Assembly: GCA_000934665.2 (NCBI GenBank)
Contig: KZ538209.1
Location: 1 to 64,000, forward strand
Length of the DNA: 64,000 bases
Source of the DNA: Catajapyx aquilonaris
Lineage: Eukaryota
Direction of reading: 5' to 3'
Of the stretch, positions 29,601 through 43,311 are shown in pieces; positions within the stretch are counted from its first letter, which is position 1, and each line of letters opens with the position of its first letter. The position numbers and the translations under genes are program-made. The notes under the pieces are model-generated. The model was not told the DNA's origin. It made no database searches and saw only the letters and a list, made by a program, of their open reading frames with translations.

Positions 29601-31231
29601 TCGAATGAGACCCATTAAGCTGACTGCAATTCAAGGATTGAAGCGAAGGATTAGAAAGGGCTGCAAATGCTGCAGCAAGGAAAAGCAATGTAGGCCCCCC
29701 CTGTGCAACAGCCTGCAATAGGCCGTATAAAGGCGCGCTCTCCTATGGCGGCAATGGGGCGTAATAGGGAATGAAGGCAATCTCTGAAAATCCACTTTCC
29801 TGAGGGAGAATTCCGTCCTTATCGCGTCGCTGCCGCCAGACAGCTTGTCCGGTAGGCGAAATGAATGAGGACGAGACCTCCGCCTTTTCTATCTGTGTAG
29901 GACCCAACTACTTTATAGCTCTACTATTTCGACTTCCATGCACATTCAGTCACGAAGCTGATCTAGGCTATAAATATTGAATCAAATCTCCTGTGTAATA
30001 TGTCTTAATTTTTTTGCGACACCAGTCAGGAGAATATGTTGCATCACAAAAATGGATATCCTGATTTTTTTTATGTTTCAGCTACACATTTATCTTTTTA
30101 GACATTCTTATTGTTCGGGTTATCATATTGCTGAGTTTTATGACACTGAAAATGAGGCGTAAACTTTTCATTCTACCAAACTGTTGGATAGGTTTTTGGT
30201 AGACAACTTCTACTTCCTCTTGGGTGCAACGCAGGAATGTCCTTCAAGTTCTTTGATAGCAATTTGAAGTCTTCAGGAGGGGGGAAAAAAGGCGGTATAT
30301 ACTCTCTACTTCCTTGGGTCTCGATATCCCCGCATATAGTCTTGCCGTCGTGGAATTTAAATAGGGCGATTGACTTCTATTCCCTTCGTTGCTTTTCCTT
30401 TGAGACGGGGAATTTTGCCGCGCTTCTCCTCAGTCCATCACAATGGTCATTTTGACCCTCCGAGGAAATTGAAGCAGGTTCAATCAAGCTTCTTTGTCAT
30501 GGTTCGCAGACACTGCAATTTTCCAACCCTTTGCCAATGACCAGATCGTGCCTTGGCTAATATTTTTTTTTCCAGACGAAAATACCAGATGGTAACATCC
30601 CCCCCCCCCCNAATCACACACTAGGTGAAAACATCCGGAGGAAATACCCACTTGCAAAATCTCCTACAAGACGCATTAATTTGACATCCGGCTCCCATTT
30701 CATTTGAAATTCAAAACAAGCTCTGAAAATAAGTAGGTTGGAGTCCCATGACAATTACACAAATGAATCTCTGTCCGCACAAATTCAGAAACTCCAAGCT
30801 CCTTTTTGGAGACTTTATCTCATTTGGGGAAAAGGAATTATGCAGGGTAGGTTGAGTACAGGGGGTGGGGTAGGAGAGTATAGGGTATGCTATAAGTCCG
30901 CGTCCTTAACGAGTCAGTGTTGTAGAGAAACAGAAATAGCGTGGAGGGAGATCAAGATAGGCTATCGTGCCCTCGGGTGCTGATCCTCCGGGAAGAAGAT
31001 TCTAGAGACAGACATGACGAGGAGTGTAATCATCTCATTGTCTGAAAAGACGAGCCCCCGGATTGCACACCGGGACTGTCATTTAGCGTTATTGCAGCCC
31101 AGGATTATTTTCAGGGGTGGGAGGCGACAGCAGTAGGGTTAAGGACTTTTCTCTCTTAGGTTGTGTCACCAGCTAAGCCTGTAGGGATGGCAATGAGTAT
31201 GCCACATGAACGGTTCCTTTTCGGGGGGGGG

Positions 31232-31245
31232 NNNNNNNNNNNNNN
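31232..31245. other. Assembly gap
   Basis: N run following a poly-G tract. Confidence 0.95.
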
Positions 31246-32513
31246 AGTCTGAATTTCTCATTCTGGGTGGTTGCTAGGACTCGGTCACATACTCGAGTCA
31301 CGTATTACGTGCTTGATACGCATAGATGTTCGTCACGTGCGTCCGTACACGACTCACGTACGTCACGCACAGATGGTTGGGACTAAAAAGTAGAGTGCTG
31401 GCGGGACAAGAATATTTTTTGCAATTAATGCAGGTTAAGTTATATGCATGGTTTGAATCACTTGATTGCAACTGACCGTGCGTGTTAACGAACAATTGTG
31501 GTCGCATAGGTAATTAAGCGCCTTTTGGCCTAAATAAAATGGTGTTTAAACAAACAAGGTGACTGTGGTGGGTATGGGTAAATGAACGTGGTGGATCATT
31601 GCCATTGTGTTGTATCGCACAATGGTCTACGAAGATATCGCATTTTACACATAGTTTAAGGATCGAATAAGTATTAATTCTAGGATCTAGTAGGTATTGT
31701 CTGCCTTAAATATACCTATTTAGTGTTATACAACCAACAGCAGTCTCCCAATGAGAAGTTTTTATCATATTATAATTATAGAGAGGCCCGAAACGTCTCT
31801 CCGAGTTTTTTTTTTTTGCCAGAAAATATATTTTTGTCCGGCAGGTTTTTTTTTTTGGGGGGGGGGGGGTCTATGACAAATGTGGATGCTGTGTCAGATA
31901 TTACGAATAACAGAGTATCATACGTCCAACCATTGAAGAAGTTGAGAGCAGTTCAAATTATTTCGACGTATTTGTATTATCAACGTTTTCACAGCCGAAC
32001 AAAAACCTGAAATCAGGAGGCCATGACAGATGCCCTAAGTTCCATTCGGTGTTATTAATTTTATTCACCGTATTTTTATCATAGTTTTGATAGCTACCAG
32101 GAGTTACAGTACAAGTAATTACTGAATAAGCACATGCCACTTGAGCGCGCGCACATCCACAATAATAACAATGCATTTTGCTATAGAAATGCTGCATACG
32201 AACCGGGCAGCACAAGCTTACTTCTGGCGGCCGCTGAAAAGCGTCATTCATAATATTTGTACGTAAAGATTGATTATCAACAATTATTCAATCATAAATC
32301 ATAAATAATTAAAAATAATTATTTATGATTAAATAAAATAAAAATAGTTACCTATTATTTCATTTTTCTCATTTATTTTAGCTTTAATTTATTGTTTATT
32401 ATTATATGGTGATGATAATTATTGTGTTTTGATAATTATTAATTATGATAATTATTATTTTGACGATATTATTATTATGATATATGATGATGGTTATTAT
32501 TATTGTTGTTGTC

Positions 32514-32587
<74 letters not shown>
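32514..32587. repeat. (AAT)n microsatellite
   Basis: Pure trinucleotide run. Confidence 0.98.
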
Positions 32588-32615
32588 GGCTGTAGGGATG
32601 TCATTAATGGAGATA

Positions 32616-34051
32616 CAGGGTGTAACAAAAGTTTCCGCCGCTACTACCGCCTCAATGACTCATGGAGGACATAATCGTAGATTTAAACATCCATATCTCA
32701 CCAACGGCTTGTGTTAGCCCTATGCCTCATATATCATTCGAGGCGCATTGAAAGGCCGCTCCCGCCAGATCTACTGCGCAGCTCCCATAGTCTAGGCCGT
32801 GCGTAGCATAACAGCTATAACTATTTCTGTGCGGCTACTCGGGAATCATAAAAAACGTAACGGTGAAGTTTACTGGTTCAAAGAACGATGATACGCAAAA
32901 TATTGCTTAGAAACAAATCTAATTAATTGTTAAATTCCCATAATTGTGCCAAGCTTCATACAATCTCTGACTGCGCAAAGATCCTTTTACAATATAGCCC
33001 CCTTGTAGTCAGCGGAAGATGGCTTCATACCATAAAGTCTCCGACAAAGCACTCGAGCATGTGATTTTTGTGGTGAATTCTTCTCGTTTTGCTTGTGAAT
33101 ATGCCGAAAACCGAATTCTTTTAGGATTGATAGATTCTTTGCAAATTTTTTTAAATTAAAGTGAGGTGTCCGTAAATCACGGACACGTGGGGAGGCGAAG
33201 TGGCGCTGCGGTAACGTATGCGTCCGCGGATGTTAAGGTCCCGGGTTCGATCCCAACCTGGGGTTCCCCCCTTCATCTCGCGCAGAGTGAGGCCGTCTCT
33301 GGCTTCGTTTCGGGTGGCGATCCTTCCACATATGCCATCCGGGGGAGTTCACAAAACGGCACATCAAAGACATTGCACACGCACTTTGCCCATCCCCTCC
33401 CAGTTTCCCTGCCCGTGGGTCCGGGCGTATTCAAGAATAGACAAACAGTCCTTTCCTTCCAATGGTGGTAATCCACCCCCCTATAACCCAACAGGTCATC
33501 ACGGGGTAATAAAAAAAAAACAAATCACGGACACGTCGGGAAGAGGGTTAATAATTTCTTAATTAACATAAAGTGTGGATATATGGGTTAAACATGTATT
33601 CAGACATGGAAGGATGTATGGTGTGTTAATATATTCAGTATGCATACCATTTTTCTCTCCAAAGACTGAGCTACACCTCTTCCCAAATTGTCCACAAGTT
33701 TGAATGTACATCTCGTGTGACAGTTGCGCATTCCTGGTCAGTGGTCAACTCTCTTATTAACTGGTGATGTTTTTTTGCCTGGCTTGCTTACAGACACTGT
33801 CTTACACCTGGCCCGCAATTATCAGACATTGAGAACAAAGCACTTGCAAGGAATCTTCATGACAGACAACACTTGCATTGCACACCTCTCATGAGAACAA
33901 AACCAGAGTCAGTGAGGATATGGATCGGAAAATGAGTCACACAGGGGATTATGGGTACAATATCGACGTAAAAGATGACAGGTAACTTTCAAAAACTGAG
34001 AAATTTCCCTGGTATAATATTGACTGGGCCAGAAACCTTTGTTACACCCTG
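32616..34051. mobile_element. Non-autonomous Tc1/mariner-like element
   Basis: TA|cagggtgtaacaaaagtttc...gaaacctttgttacaccctg|TA (~20-bp TIR, 1 mismatch); no intact transposase ORF. Confidence 0.8.
33189..33521 (+). mobile_element. Full-length tRNA-derived SINE
   Basis: A box tggcgctgcgg, B box ggttcgatcc, poly(A) tail, 15-bp TSD aaatcacggacacgt (33174-33188 and 33522-33536). Confidence 0.93.
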
Positions 34052-34326
34052 TATTAAATGGAAGAATGCGAAGCGTATAAATATAGGGTCAGTTATCATG
34101 TTTTTCCGTTTGAGGAAGTGCCTGAAAATGTGGCATGTTGGTTATCATCCAGCCCGTGTTGCCGTCTGGTGCATGATATGTGAACTTTGAGTATACCAAA
34201 ATGTTTGTCGTGTCTTTTACATAGTTGCTAGGTGTTTAGTTCAAAAACGACAAAAATGTCAGTTATCATGTTTTTCCACCACACCCCTCATTTTATATTA
34301 AAAGCTGTCCGGTCCCTATTATTCAT

Positions 34327-35519
34327 CGTGATGTTCCTGGCGTGGGATCGTGGGATGCTTCGTTGTAGTATGCCCCACGATGAAGTCGTCAGAGACACCA
34401 CAAATAATCACACAGGAACACACAGGTCAAGATATAATAGCCAGTCAGGCACTGTATACTAGACAAGGACTACACAGCGTCTGTCCAGGAGGACGACTCA
34501 TTCTGAACTGATCCTAAAACATTCCAAACATCAACAACCATTATGGTCACCAAAACAACTAGTGTCCTGGCAGCAGTCAAGTGTCCTGTTGCCAGGACAC
34601 TACAATCTTCCCCCTTTAAACGGAACAAGAAATATCTCGTTCCAAACAATATGCTCCTCTTCCAGCTTGGACTTCTTTTTTTCTTTCTCCAGTTCCTCCA
34701 GACTGGCCCTCTCCAGCTGGAGTTTCTTTCTCGCTCCAGTGCCCGTTGATCTTCCGCATCTGCAGATGCTGCTACCCAACTCGTGAACTCGGGCATCGCT
34801 CCAGTGTCACCCTCTGAAGCTTCCTTTAGGGGCTCTGCAAGATCGCATCCTAGCATATTGTCCCACAGCTTGTCTTCTGTGGTCACCAGCGTCTTCATGA
34901 TCACCAGACTTTTCACCGTCTGCTTGACTATACCAGTGTCCTCGAGTACAGCATCTGCTTGTTCCCCAGACTCCTCACGAACAGAATCTGCATGATTGCC
35001 AGACTCCACCAGAACGTCTGGCTTGGCCATCAGACTTCACCTGTAGCTGCTTCTGCCTCGTGGGAACGTCTCCAGGCCCATTGTTGGCACAGTCCGGATT
35101 GCTTGGTGCAGCGACAGCGATGGCGATGCAATTCAACTTGGGGTGGGATAATCATGCACCATGGGGTGCAAACAACTCCTCTGTTGGGTTACCGGGGAAA
35201 CTGTCAATTCCTTCTCTGTATATTGTTGCCCAGTTGGCACTAACTGTGAAGTTGTTTACAGAGTCAGTTCCCTTCATGGAACGACAGACACAGGACAGAC
35301 ATGTTCTCACTTCTCACTAATCGGGTCGTTCGAAGACTGTTGGAGGGCTAACGTTAGGCCTATACCCTCCCCCGGCGATATGGTGCGTCGAATAGGTACC
35401 CCAGGCCGCAGGCCAAGAAAAGAGCGAGCGAAGCAAGTGGTTTTCTAGGCCTGCGCCGCAGGGAAATGCGAGCGGAGCGAAGGTTTTCCTAGTTGAATTA
35501 TAGTGTAAAATACCGTACA
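34327..35519 (-). mobile_element. Possible solo LTR of an LTR retrotransposon
   Basis: GC-richer block; minus strand starts tgtacgg and ends catcacg (degenerate TG...CA), with a GT-rich U5-like end; no TSD, PBS or pol found. Confidence 0.35.
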
Positions 35520-36882
35520 TCTGTAAGACCTAAGCATTAGTGACCTTTATCTGTGCATAACAAAAATCCTATAGTGCGACATTTGCATGTATTTCCATTA
35601 CTAACATAAGGCTGGGAATGTTCACATAATGTCCATTTTGAACGTGTAAAGTTCTGGCAAGAACAAAATTTCAAGTCCCAACTGACTTCTGTCATCGGTG
35701 CTAGAAATCCGTCTCATTAATCACGCCAAAAGTCAAGCCCACGTCACTCACTGATTACTCTCTTCCATCCCAACATCCCAATAATATGTGTTAATGTTCC
35801 AACATCCTAGCAGTACATTCACGTAATCCAATTGAGTCATCGCCTGAAGCGTCAAGAGAGAAAATTACGGTAGCGAATCCCGTGTCAGGCTCCAGCTAAA
35901 AACTTCATTTCCACTGAAATTCCAAGTTTCAATCAGCTAACCCTACTCCCACATGAGGTCCCAACCCGAAACTAATCAGAGAGCATTGATATGATCTCTA
36001 CATGGTTTCCATTAATCTGCGGATACAAATTAACACCAATCCCAGCAGCGCCACTGGAGTTACATTTTCCCCTGCGTGTATATACAGCTTATCCCCTCAT
36101 TGTGATACACTAAAAAATTATAATGCTACCCATCCCTCACCTTTGAATAATTCCCACCAGGAGTATAGCCCCACATACACACACACACAAAAAAACGACC
36201 AACTTTAAAACGAGCTTATGGTATGGAAAACAGGATTACTTTTAGGATTAAACGTTGTTAACGTTTCCGTGCGTCCTTAACGACGTTATTTCACTAACTA
36301 AATTATTCCGAGCCATTAGTCGACAAAACAACACACACACACACACACTCAGGGGGTAATTTTGCAAGTTTGTTGAATATTATCCCTTTTCAGGTGGTAA
36401 TTTGGCGAGCTAACTGGAAAATCCTTCCTAACTCTTTAACCATCTTGCATTTACTCACATTCTTCAACGACAGCCCTTCGTTAGAGGAAAGGCTAATTTC
36501 ATCTTCGTCGACATCCTAAGGTATCGTCTTTTGCCAATCGACTTATTTGAGAGGGAGGGAAGCGGTTGAGGAAAACTGGGGCAAATTTTGCAATATTGAG
36601 CGTCGACGTAGCAGGACAGTATAACAAAATTAAAGCCACGGCGATTTTGCTGCCAGGGTTGCAGGGGATTCGTCGCAGAGCATGGATTATTCCAATCACC
36701 ACGGAGATTCAGGCTGAACGTGACTAAATTCTAGGCAAAGCATGCATCCTGCAAACTTAGGTGGTTCGGGTGGGTTAGGGAAGCAGAGAACGGCTCATAC
36801 TTCGGCTCAATGCAACAATCAAGAATTTATATGAATGCATAAGTTCAACATTCGATAGGTATTGTTTAAACATGGTGTGTCC

Positions 36883-36896
36883 CGTCGTCGTCGTCG

Positions 36897-36986
<90 letters not shown>
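36883..36986. repeat. (CGT)n(CAT)n microsatellite
   Basis: Read directly. Confidence 0.98.
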
Positions 36987-39144
36987 AGATGTTAGAGTAA
37001 TGTACCTGGCAGCCATTACGCAGGATGCACATTAAGTTAGATTCAGTCTTCCATATTAATTTTGACAGTCCCATTGGCCTCTGCGCAGGGTAAGTTATAT
37101 GGCAACAATTACGCTGATGAGGGGTACAGAGCAGGGTAGCATTTTAGCAGATGTCGCCTATAGTATTTTAACGTCATGAGGTTAGTCAGCATAAGGGCAT
37201 AAAAAGGTAATTTTTTGAAATGTGACGTACTTACTTATCGCTTATATTATTATTGGCAAAAACCAGCACTAACTACTAATGGCAATGTACTTTTCTTCAA
37301 GGCCTTTTTTTGTCTTCTGAGTTCTGAGGTCTGAGGTCAAGCACGATACATGTATGATGAACGGGAGAAAGGCCAATCATGCCATTGGATGATATTCTTA
37401 CTTAAGTAAAATATAAAAAAACAGAGAGAGGGTCATGATAACTATGGTTGTAATGTAAGGCCAATATTCATAGTGTTCCAATAAGGGTCCTCTAATATTA
37501 CTCACTTTTATGCCCCACAAAAGTACGCAAAAATGTTGGAAAGGTATAGGTAGAATTTCCATTTAAAACGACGTGTTGAAGTTGAGATGCTGTCATTATC
37601 ATACGATTATTCAGAAGATCTTTGTATATGCATGGACACGGACCATAAGATTACGGAAGTACTGTACCTCAATTCACTACCACAAGGCGTTATTGCCGAC
37701 TTCTCTTCAGCAGCATATCAGCTATTTTGATTATATTCGCTATTAAATGTCACAGGTTATATTTAGAGCAGCTGATGCTAATTTGAACCATTATACTCAC
37801 CCTATATTTGTGGCGAACATACGTGTACAATCTATGAATTAATTTGCACGAAGAAATTTGCAAACAATACTTATTGTTGCACATTCTGGCCATTACTAAC
37901 GTGTTAACAAATGCCAGGTTTAAAGAGGACATCCTTAATATATGTGTGTGTATGTGGAAGGTGGATGGTGCAAGTACTAATAACCCTAATATAATTAATA
38001 TTTTTATTATTAGCGATTATGAGACAAAATACGTGAAGGTTCATCCTTGTTATTATATTCACGCTTGTTATTTCTATGGCTTTTCCTTTTTATTAGAACT
38101 GGTATCACTGTATTCCTGCTGTATAATGTACTGTCGTTAAAATTCATGGAGTCACATAAAACATGCAAAGCTCAATTTATTATCATTTTAACACTGCCAG
38201 GCCTGCACAGAGTAGATTAGAAACTTTTTTTTTCCTACTAAAGAACCGTGCCTCGTTATCGTGGAGAGCACAACTTTCCAAAACTCGCCACTAAAAACCT
38301 GGGCAAGTATTGTAATTAGACCTGTTTGCAGCTCCTGTCAAGAAAATGCAGGCAAGGACCATGGTGGGGGAAAGAGGAAGTGTTGGAAGGGAGCCTAGGG
38401 AGGGTAGTAATTGCGAGCTCACCTCCTTCCTGAAGAGAGCCTGGCAAAGTTTGGGACGTGACTTGGGAAGACACGAAAATCAGTCCACAATTACTGCGCT
38501 ACAACCCTGAGCTAGGACAAAGGGACTTAAATCCCCCCCCCCCCCTTCCAGTCTTTGTAATCAGCGAGACGCCTCATTATGCAGTCTTGTCATCTCACCT
38601 TCATTTTTTTTTTTGTAGAATATTTTTCTTTCTTTAAAAAAAAAAATGTGGCAATTGTCACTCTGTTGCCTTCTTGGGTTTCCAGTCGAGGAATTTGACT
38701 CAGATATGCTTGCCCGCCTATCAAGGCAAGGGGGATTGGGAGCAAAAGTGCAGACACAGGCGGATTTTCCACATCCTGCGCATCTTTTGCTGACTAGGGA
38801 CCTTTCATGGGGCTTTATTCCCGCAGACCAGCTAGCTAGACTCTCGACTGTAACGATGCGGGTCTGGTCATTGGCTCCATTTATTTTAATACCGCCATCC
38901 CCCCACCCCCCTTTTTCCTCCAACTCGTCCTCTTCCTTCCAAGGAAAATGACATCCCACAAAATTATCCCCTGTTTTCAGGATCCAGTTCCGAGGGAGAT
39001 GGACCGGAAGGAAGTTGCTGAGGATTTCTTGAGTATATGATGCTGTCACGTAACTTGTCAGCGAGGGGGAAAAAAATTAAATTGAGTTCGAGCTTGTTTT
39101 TGGCTGAATAATGTTACAGAGATTTGTTTAATTACGCTTGATAA

Positions 39145-39783
39145 TGGGGACCTAGCCTACATTTTGCAAACCCATGTAAAAAATCAGCCTTATTTTAAAT
39201 GTTTTTTTAAAAGAAATTAATAGTTTTCGAGCTATAATCGATCTAAGATCATAATAATTATATGGTATCAGGGCAGAATTGCACTCCCTTCTCTGCCCGG
39301 GGCCAGGAGAAAAGGCCTGGCACGGCGCCCTCCTTGGGAACTTCCCCTTCCCCCATAAGAGGCCCTCGAGCCCTATCATCGGGCATTTTAAAAAAAAACA
39401 TAATTATATGGTATCGTATTGCCCTCTGACGTCACTGTTGTCAACAAATAAACATGCAGGAGCAGGAATGTACCCGGGTTGCTTTGTTCCTTTGTTTGTT
39501 AGTGCCCAACAACGGTATCGAACGACCGCAAGTAAAGCCGAATCGAACGGGACCGCCAGTAAATAAAGCGAATCGAACGGTCGTGAGGCAACGACCTGCT
39601 GACGTCACTGTTGTCAGAGGCCACGCCCCCATTTTTCCCACCAATTTGCGAGTGACTTTTAAACCCCCGATAATTAATCGAGGAATACCATTTTGGTGCA
39701 GAAAAGTGGTGGAATGCGTGTTTATATTGGTTGAGCTATTCGGGTACAATTTACCTAAAACTCAGGCCAAGGCTAGGACTCCA
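39145..39783. mobile_element. Kolobok-like non-autonomous DNA element
   Basis: Inverted ends tggggacctagcct/aggctaggactcca with TTAA-like flanks (ataa, ttag); internal 18-bp direct repeat ctgacgtcactgttgtca (39426, 39599). Confidence 0.55.
39270..39399 (+). mobile_element. 5'-truncated poly(A) retroposon, copy 1
   Basis: A-rich tail; 16-bp TSD ataattatatggtatc (39254-39269 and 39400-39415); homolog at 41820. Confidence 0.9.
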
Positions 39784-40634
39784 TTAGGATATCCATATAT
39801 GCCTAGAGAGATTCACTCAAGATTCACCAAAATAATTATAGGCTATCAGAAACACATATAAGGTAATGTACATCGTGGTAACACTACATGATATTACTTT
39901 CACGTTTACACACGAGCCGTCAGCCATTATGAAAACATGCCAAAGTGGGCCACAAAGCAGTCAGAAATTTTATTTGGGTTTCCCCCCTCGACAAATGAAA
40001 CCTAGTAATTGTCACTTATGGGCTTGCCAGCTCATTTAGTATGCAGTAAAATTAACAGTCCATTAAATACTAACAATAAGCAGTGTTACGTTGTGACTCG
40101 CCTTGCTGCGTTGCCGTCGCATTTAATACTGTTTTTTTGTGCGCAAAACGCGCACATCAGCTTAACGACCTGGCCCCCTATAAATCCACCGAGTTATAAA
40201 ATTACCTGGATAACTTCTACGGAAATAGCCGGCTGGAACAGTCCATGGACACATTTTTGCCAGAAATATCATTACCACGGATCATTACGTCCTGCGAAGC
40301 ACAAAAATACTGGTACTGCAAAACACAAACGTTCAAATTCTTTTCTTCCTTTAAATCAAACGTGCCTCTAAACCCTGCCAAATGGGCATATCTCCACACC
40401 CCACCTACTTTTGAATGGACCATAACCCCACATTAAGTTGCCCAATATCGCAGTGCAGTCTGTTTCGGTTCATAGACGGATCCCCAGCCCCATGACATTC
40501 CTACCCCAGCCTTATGCAGACCCCCGTGAGTTTGGAAACTACACCAGCGCCCTAGCGGCAGCCCCCCTCCCTACTGGTGAAAAGACTGAAAACTGATAAG
40601 GACACGCGATAAAAGGGGAGTTTCCAGACATGTA

Positions 40635-40898
40635 CAGTGTTGGACATTAATCGCGTCATACTGCTTGCGACATTTTCTGAAGCGGAAGAAGTGCAAATCA
40701 AAGTGAGAGAGTGTGAGCCGTGCGAGTAAGAAGAGGTAGGCCTTGAGTGACGTCACCGGCTGGGGGTAAATGGACAGTGACGTCACCCAAGGGCTACCAT
40801 TTCTTACTCGCACGGCTCGCACTTTATCATTTCGATTTAGACGTCTGCCGCATCGGAAAATGTCGCTAGCAGTATGACGGAATTAATGTCCAGTACTG
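40635..40898. mobile_element. MITE family A copy
   Basis: TA|cagtgttggacattaatcgcg...aattaatgtccagtactg|TA; shorter central loop than the other copies. Confidence 0.95.
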
Positions 40899-41819
40899 TA
40901 TAAGACATTGCAGATGACATTTGGGGGTGACAGCAGACATTTCAATCACAAGGTATCGACCTATACTGGACCCTGCATATATCACAAACTTATTCGACGC
41001 CTACACATCCCTCTCGTATGATACATGCACGTACACGCACATACACACATGGTGCGGTTGTATGGGTCGGATGGAGGCGTCACATGCGTCTGTTGGCAAT
41101 CCCATGAACCATGCGGTTCTCTTTTTGTCTGCGGGACTCCCACACTAATTAGTCGGTGAGGTCCTGCACTTCCGCACAAACACTCTCCCCATCCGACACA
41201 TTGTGTGCAAAATTCAATCCCACTATTTACATCCGCAGTATGAGCGCACCCAGATCTAAGCCTGCGCATAATTAACGTTTTAAAATTTCTGAATGCATAA
41301 CTTTGCCACGACAATGCGGGGTAATGACCTCCTCTCAGCATGTAATTAGTAATTATCCACTTTTTGTGCGGACTCAAGTTCAGCCCCATAGCCTCCCCAT
41401 GCGCGCCTATTTATATCCCTTTGTAAGAGAATTTAATTTTAATCACACGCTGGCCTTGTGGAATCAAACAGTAATTACTGAATTACCGTACAGTGCTCTA
41501 CGAGTACTCACCAGGCTGAATATTTAACAAATTGGTTGGGCGAGGGTAGAAAACACAATTAAATAGACACAAAAATGCCGAATTGACGGTTTTGAAGTGG
41601 GCTTCACTATTAGCATAATTGACAGCGGGTTGGCTATTACCTTCAACATTAAATAGAACAAATGCTATTATTTCAGAAATTGGCAACACTGCCCTATCTT
41701 CACTAGTGATATTAGTCGGATCAATATGGCAGTATTTGCTGGTTTATCTATGCACTGGTAGAAATAGTAAAAATGACATTGATGCTTAGAATGAATCCTA
41801 TAGTTACAATCAGATAGTT

Positions 41820-42019
41820 TTTTAAAATACCCCTTGATAGGGCTCGAGGCCCTCTGAGGGGGAAGGGGAGGTTCCCAAGGGAAGCCGCTGTGCCATTTCT
41901 GCCATTTTTTAAAACACCAGGTCTTTTCTCCTGGTCCCGGGCAGAGTAGGGAGTGCAATTCTGCCCCGGCATGTCGGGTGAAAAGCGGAAAAAGACGCGG
42001 TCAAGGTGACGGGGACGGG
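41820..42019 (-). mobile_element. 5'-truncated poly(A) retroposon, copy 2
   Basis: Reverse complement matches 39270-39399 and extends ~50 bp further 5'; 14-bp TSD acaatc(a/c)gatagtt (41806-41819 and 42020-42033). Confidence 0.88.
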
Positions 42020-43311
42020 ACAATCCGATAGTTAATAAGGCACTAATAAATATTGATTGGCCTCATGCCTAAGCAGTCTGACCAATAATACTTGTCTGAA
42101 CAGCTATTTGTCAGTTCTAAATAGTGGAAATGATGTTAGTAGTCAGCATTTCCAAGCATGTCTGTGGGTATGCATCCGGATTCCCTGGCCCAGAGGAAGA
42201 AAACACATCTGGGCTTGAGACGTATGAGGCCATTTTGTGGGAGAGAAAGGTATAGTGTGTGGGAGGCGGCGATGCATCAACCAGCCTCCCGGATTTTATG
42301 GCCACAATCTGCGAGCTGACAGAAACGTAATTCCCTGGGCCGTTGGAAGGAATAACCGTGCGAGGATTTTGGGCCAAGTAGGCCGTGTCAGTCGGCAGAG
42401 AAGGATAGGTCATAAGCAAAGCAACTGTCAGCTGTTTTTCCTGATTTTTTTCCATCATTTCCGGAATCACAAGGAAGCAAAGCTACTCGAACAAAATGAG
42501 TTATTTGTACTGGTAACAGTCAGAGGCAATCGTATTTTAGGGAGCAATAGTTGTCTTAACTCTACATTCACATTGCTCGAGTGCTGATGCTAATGAGCGA
42601 GAAAATTTGCCCAAAAAATGACTTTTTACATATTCCATGGTAAGCCAATATATGGCTATTTTTTTGCTAAACTGAAATAATCAAAGTATGATTGACAAAA
42701 GGATCGATAATCCTGCAGCTATATGCAGCCAGATACGATGCATCAAAGCTTCGCAGTCTATAATCCGGGAGTCCATTCGATCATTGCCAACGTGATACGA
42801 TTACTTTGTCTGCTTCCAATCTAATCCGGATACACGAATGGTGGTAGGCATATCTAACTCACAAACTTGCAAGTTTTGATCTCAAAACAGAGGTTACAGT
42901 GGACTGTGAAACATAAAATGGAGCACGAGAATAACTCGTGGAAGAGTCATTATTTTTAGGGATTAGCTTATTATGCTAGGTTCAATCAAAATATATGAGG
43001 GCTAATTTCAGGTTTCGAGATATTGTTTTCTGGTCCGGAAAGAGGGAGAACATAAGCAGAAATGTGCGGTACGTTTGCACCTCGCTTTGTTGTTTGTTTC
43101 TAAGCGTATTACTGTATTAGGAGTTTTCCCTAAGAAAGCGTAGAGAAAAGTAGAGATTATTAGTTTCTACCTGGCAAAGCCAACCAAAAGAAACGGCAGC
43201 CAATAATTATTTTCCACCTCTAATTAGTTTTATATAGGGCCTATCAAAATTTTCCCTCTGCTCTTTCTGCTCTTTCCATTTGTTCTGACCAGAGGAGCGA
43301 TGACTATAGAC

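Noticed and set aside
31057..31074. cccgg-attgcaca-ccggg U1A-like hairpin
   Set aside because: Single short occurrence consistent with chance; no snRNA context.
33189..33270. tRNA genes here and near 49400 and 60430
   Set aside because: Poor acceptor stems; they continue into SINE bodies with tails and TSDs.
39270..41967. Inverted pair read as the TIRs of one 2.7-kb element
   Set aside because: Each copy has its own TSD and A tail.
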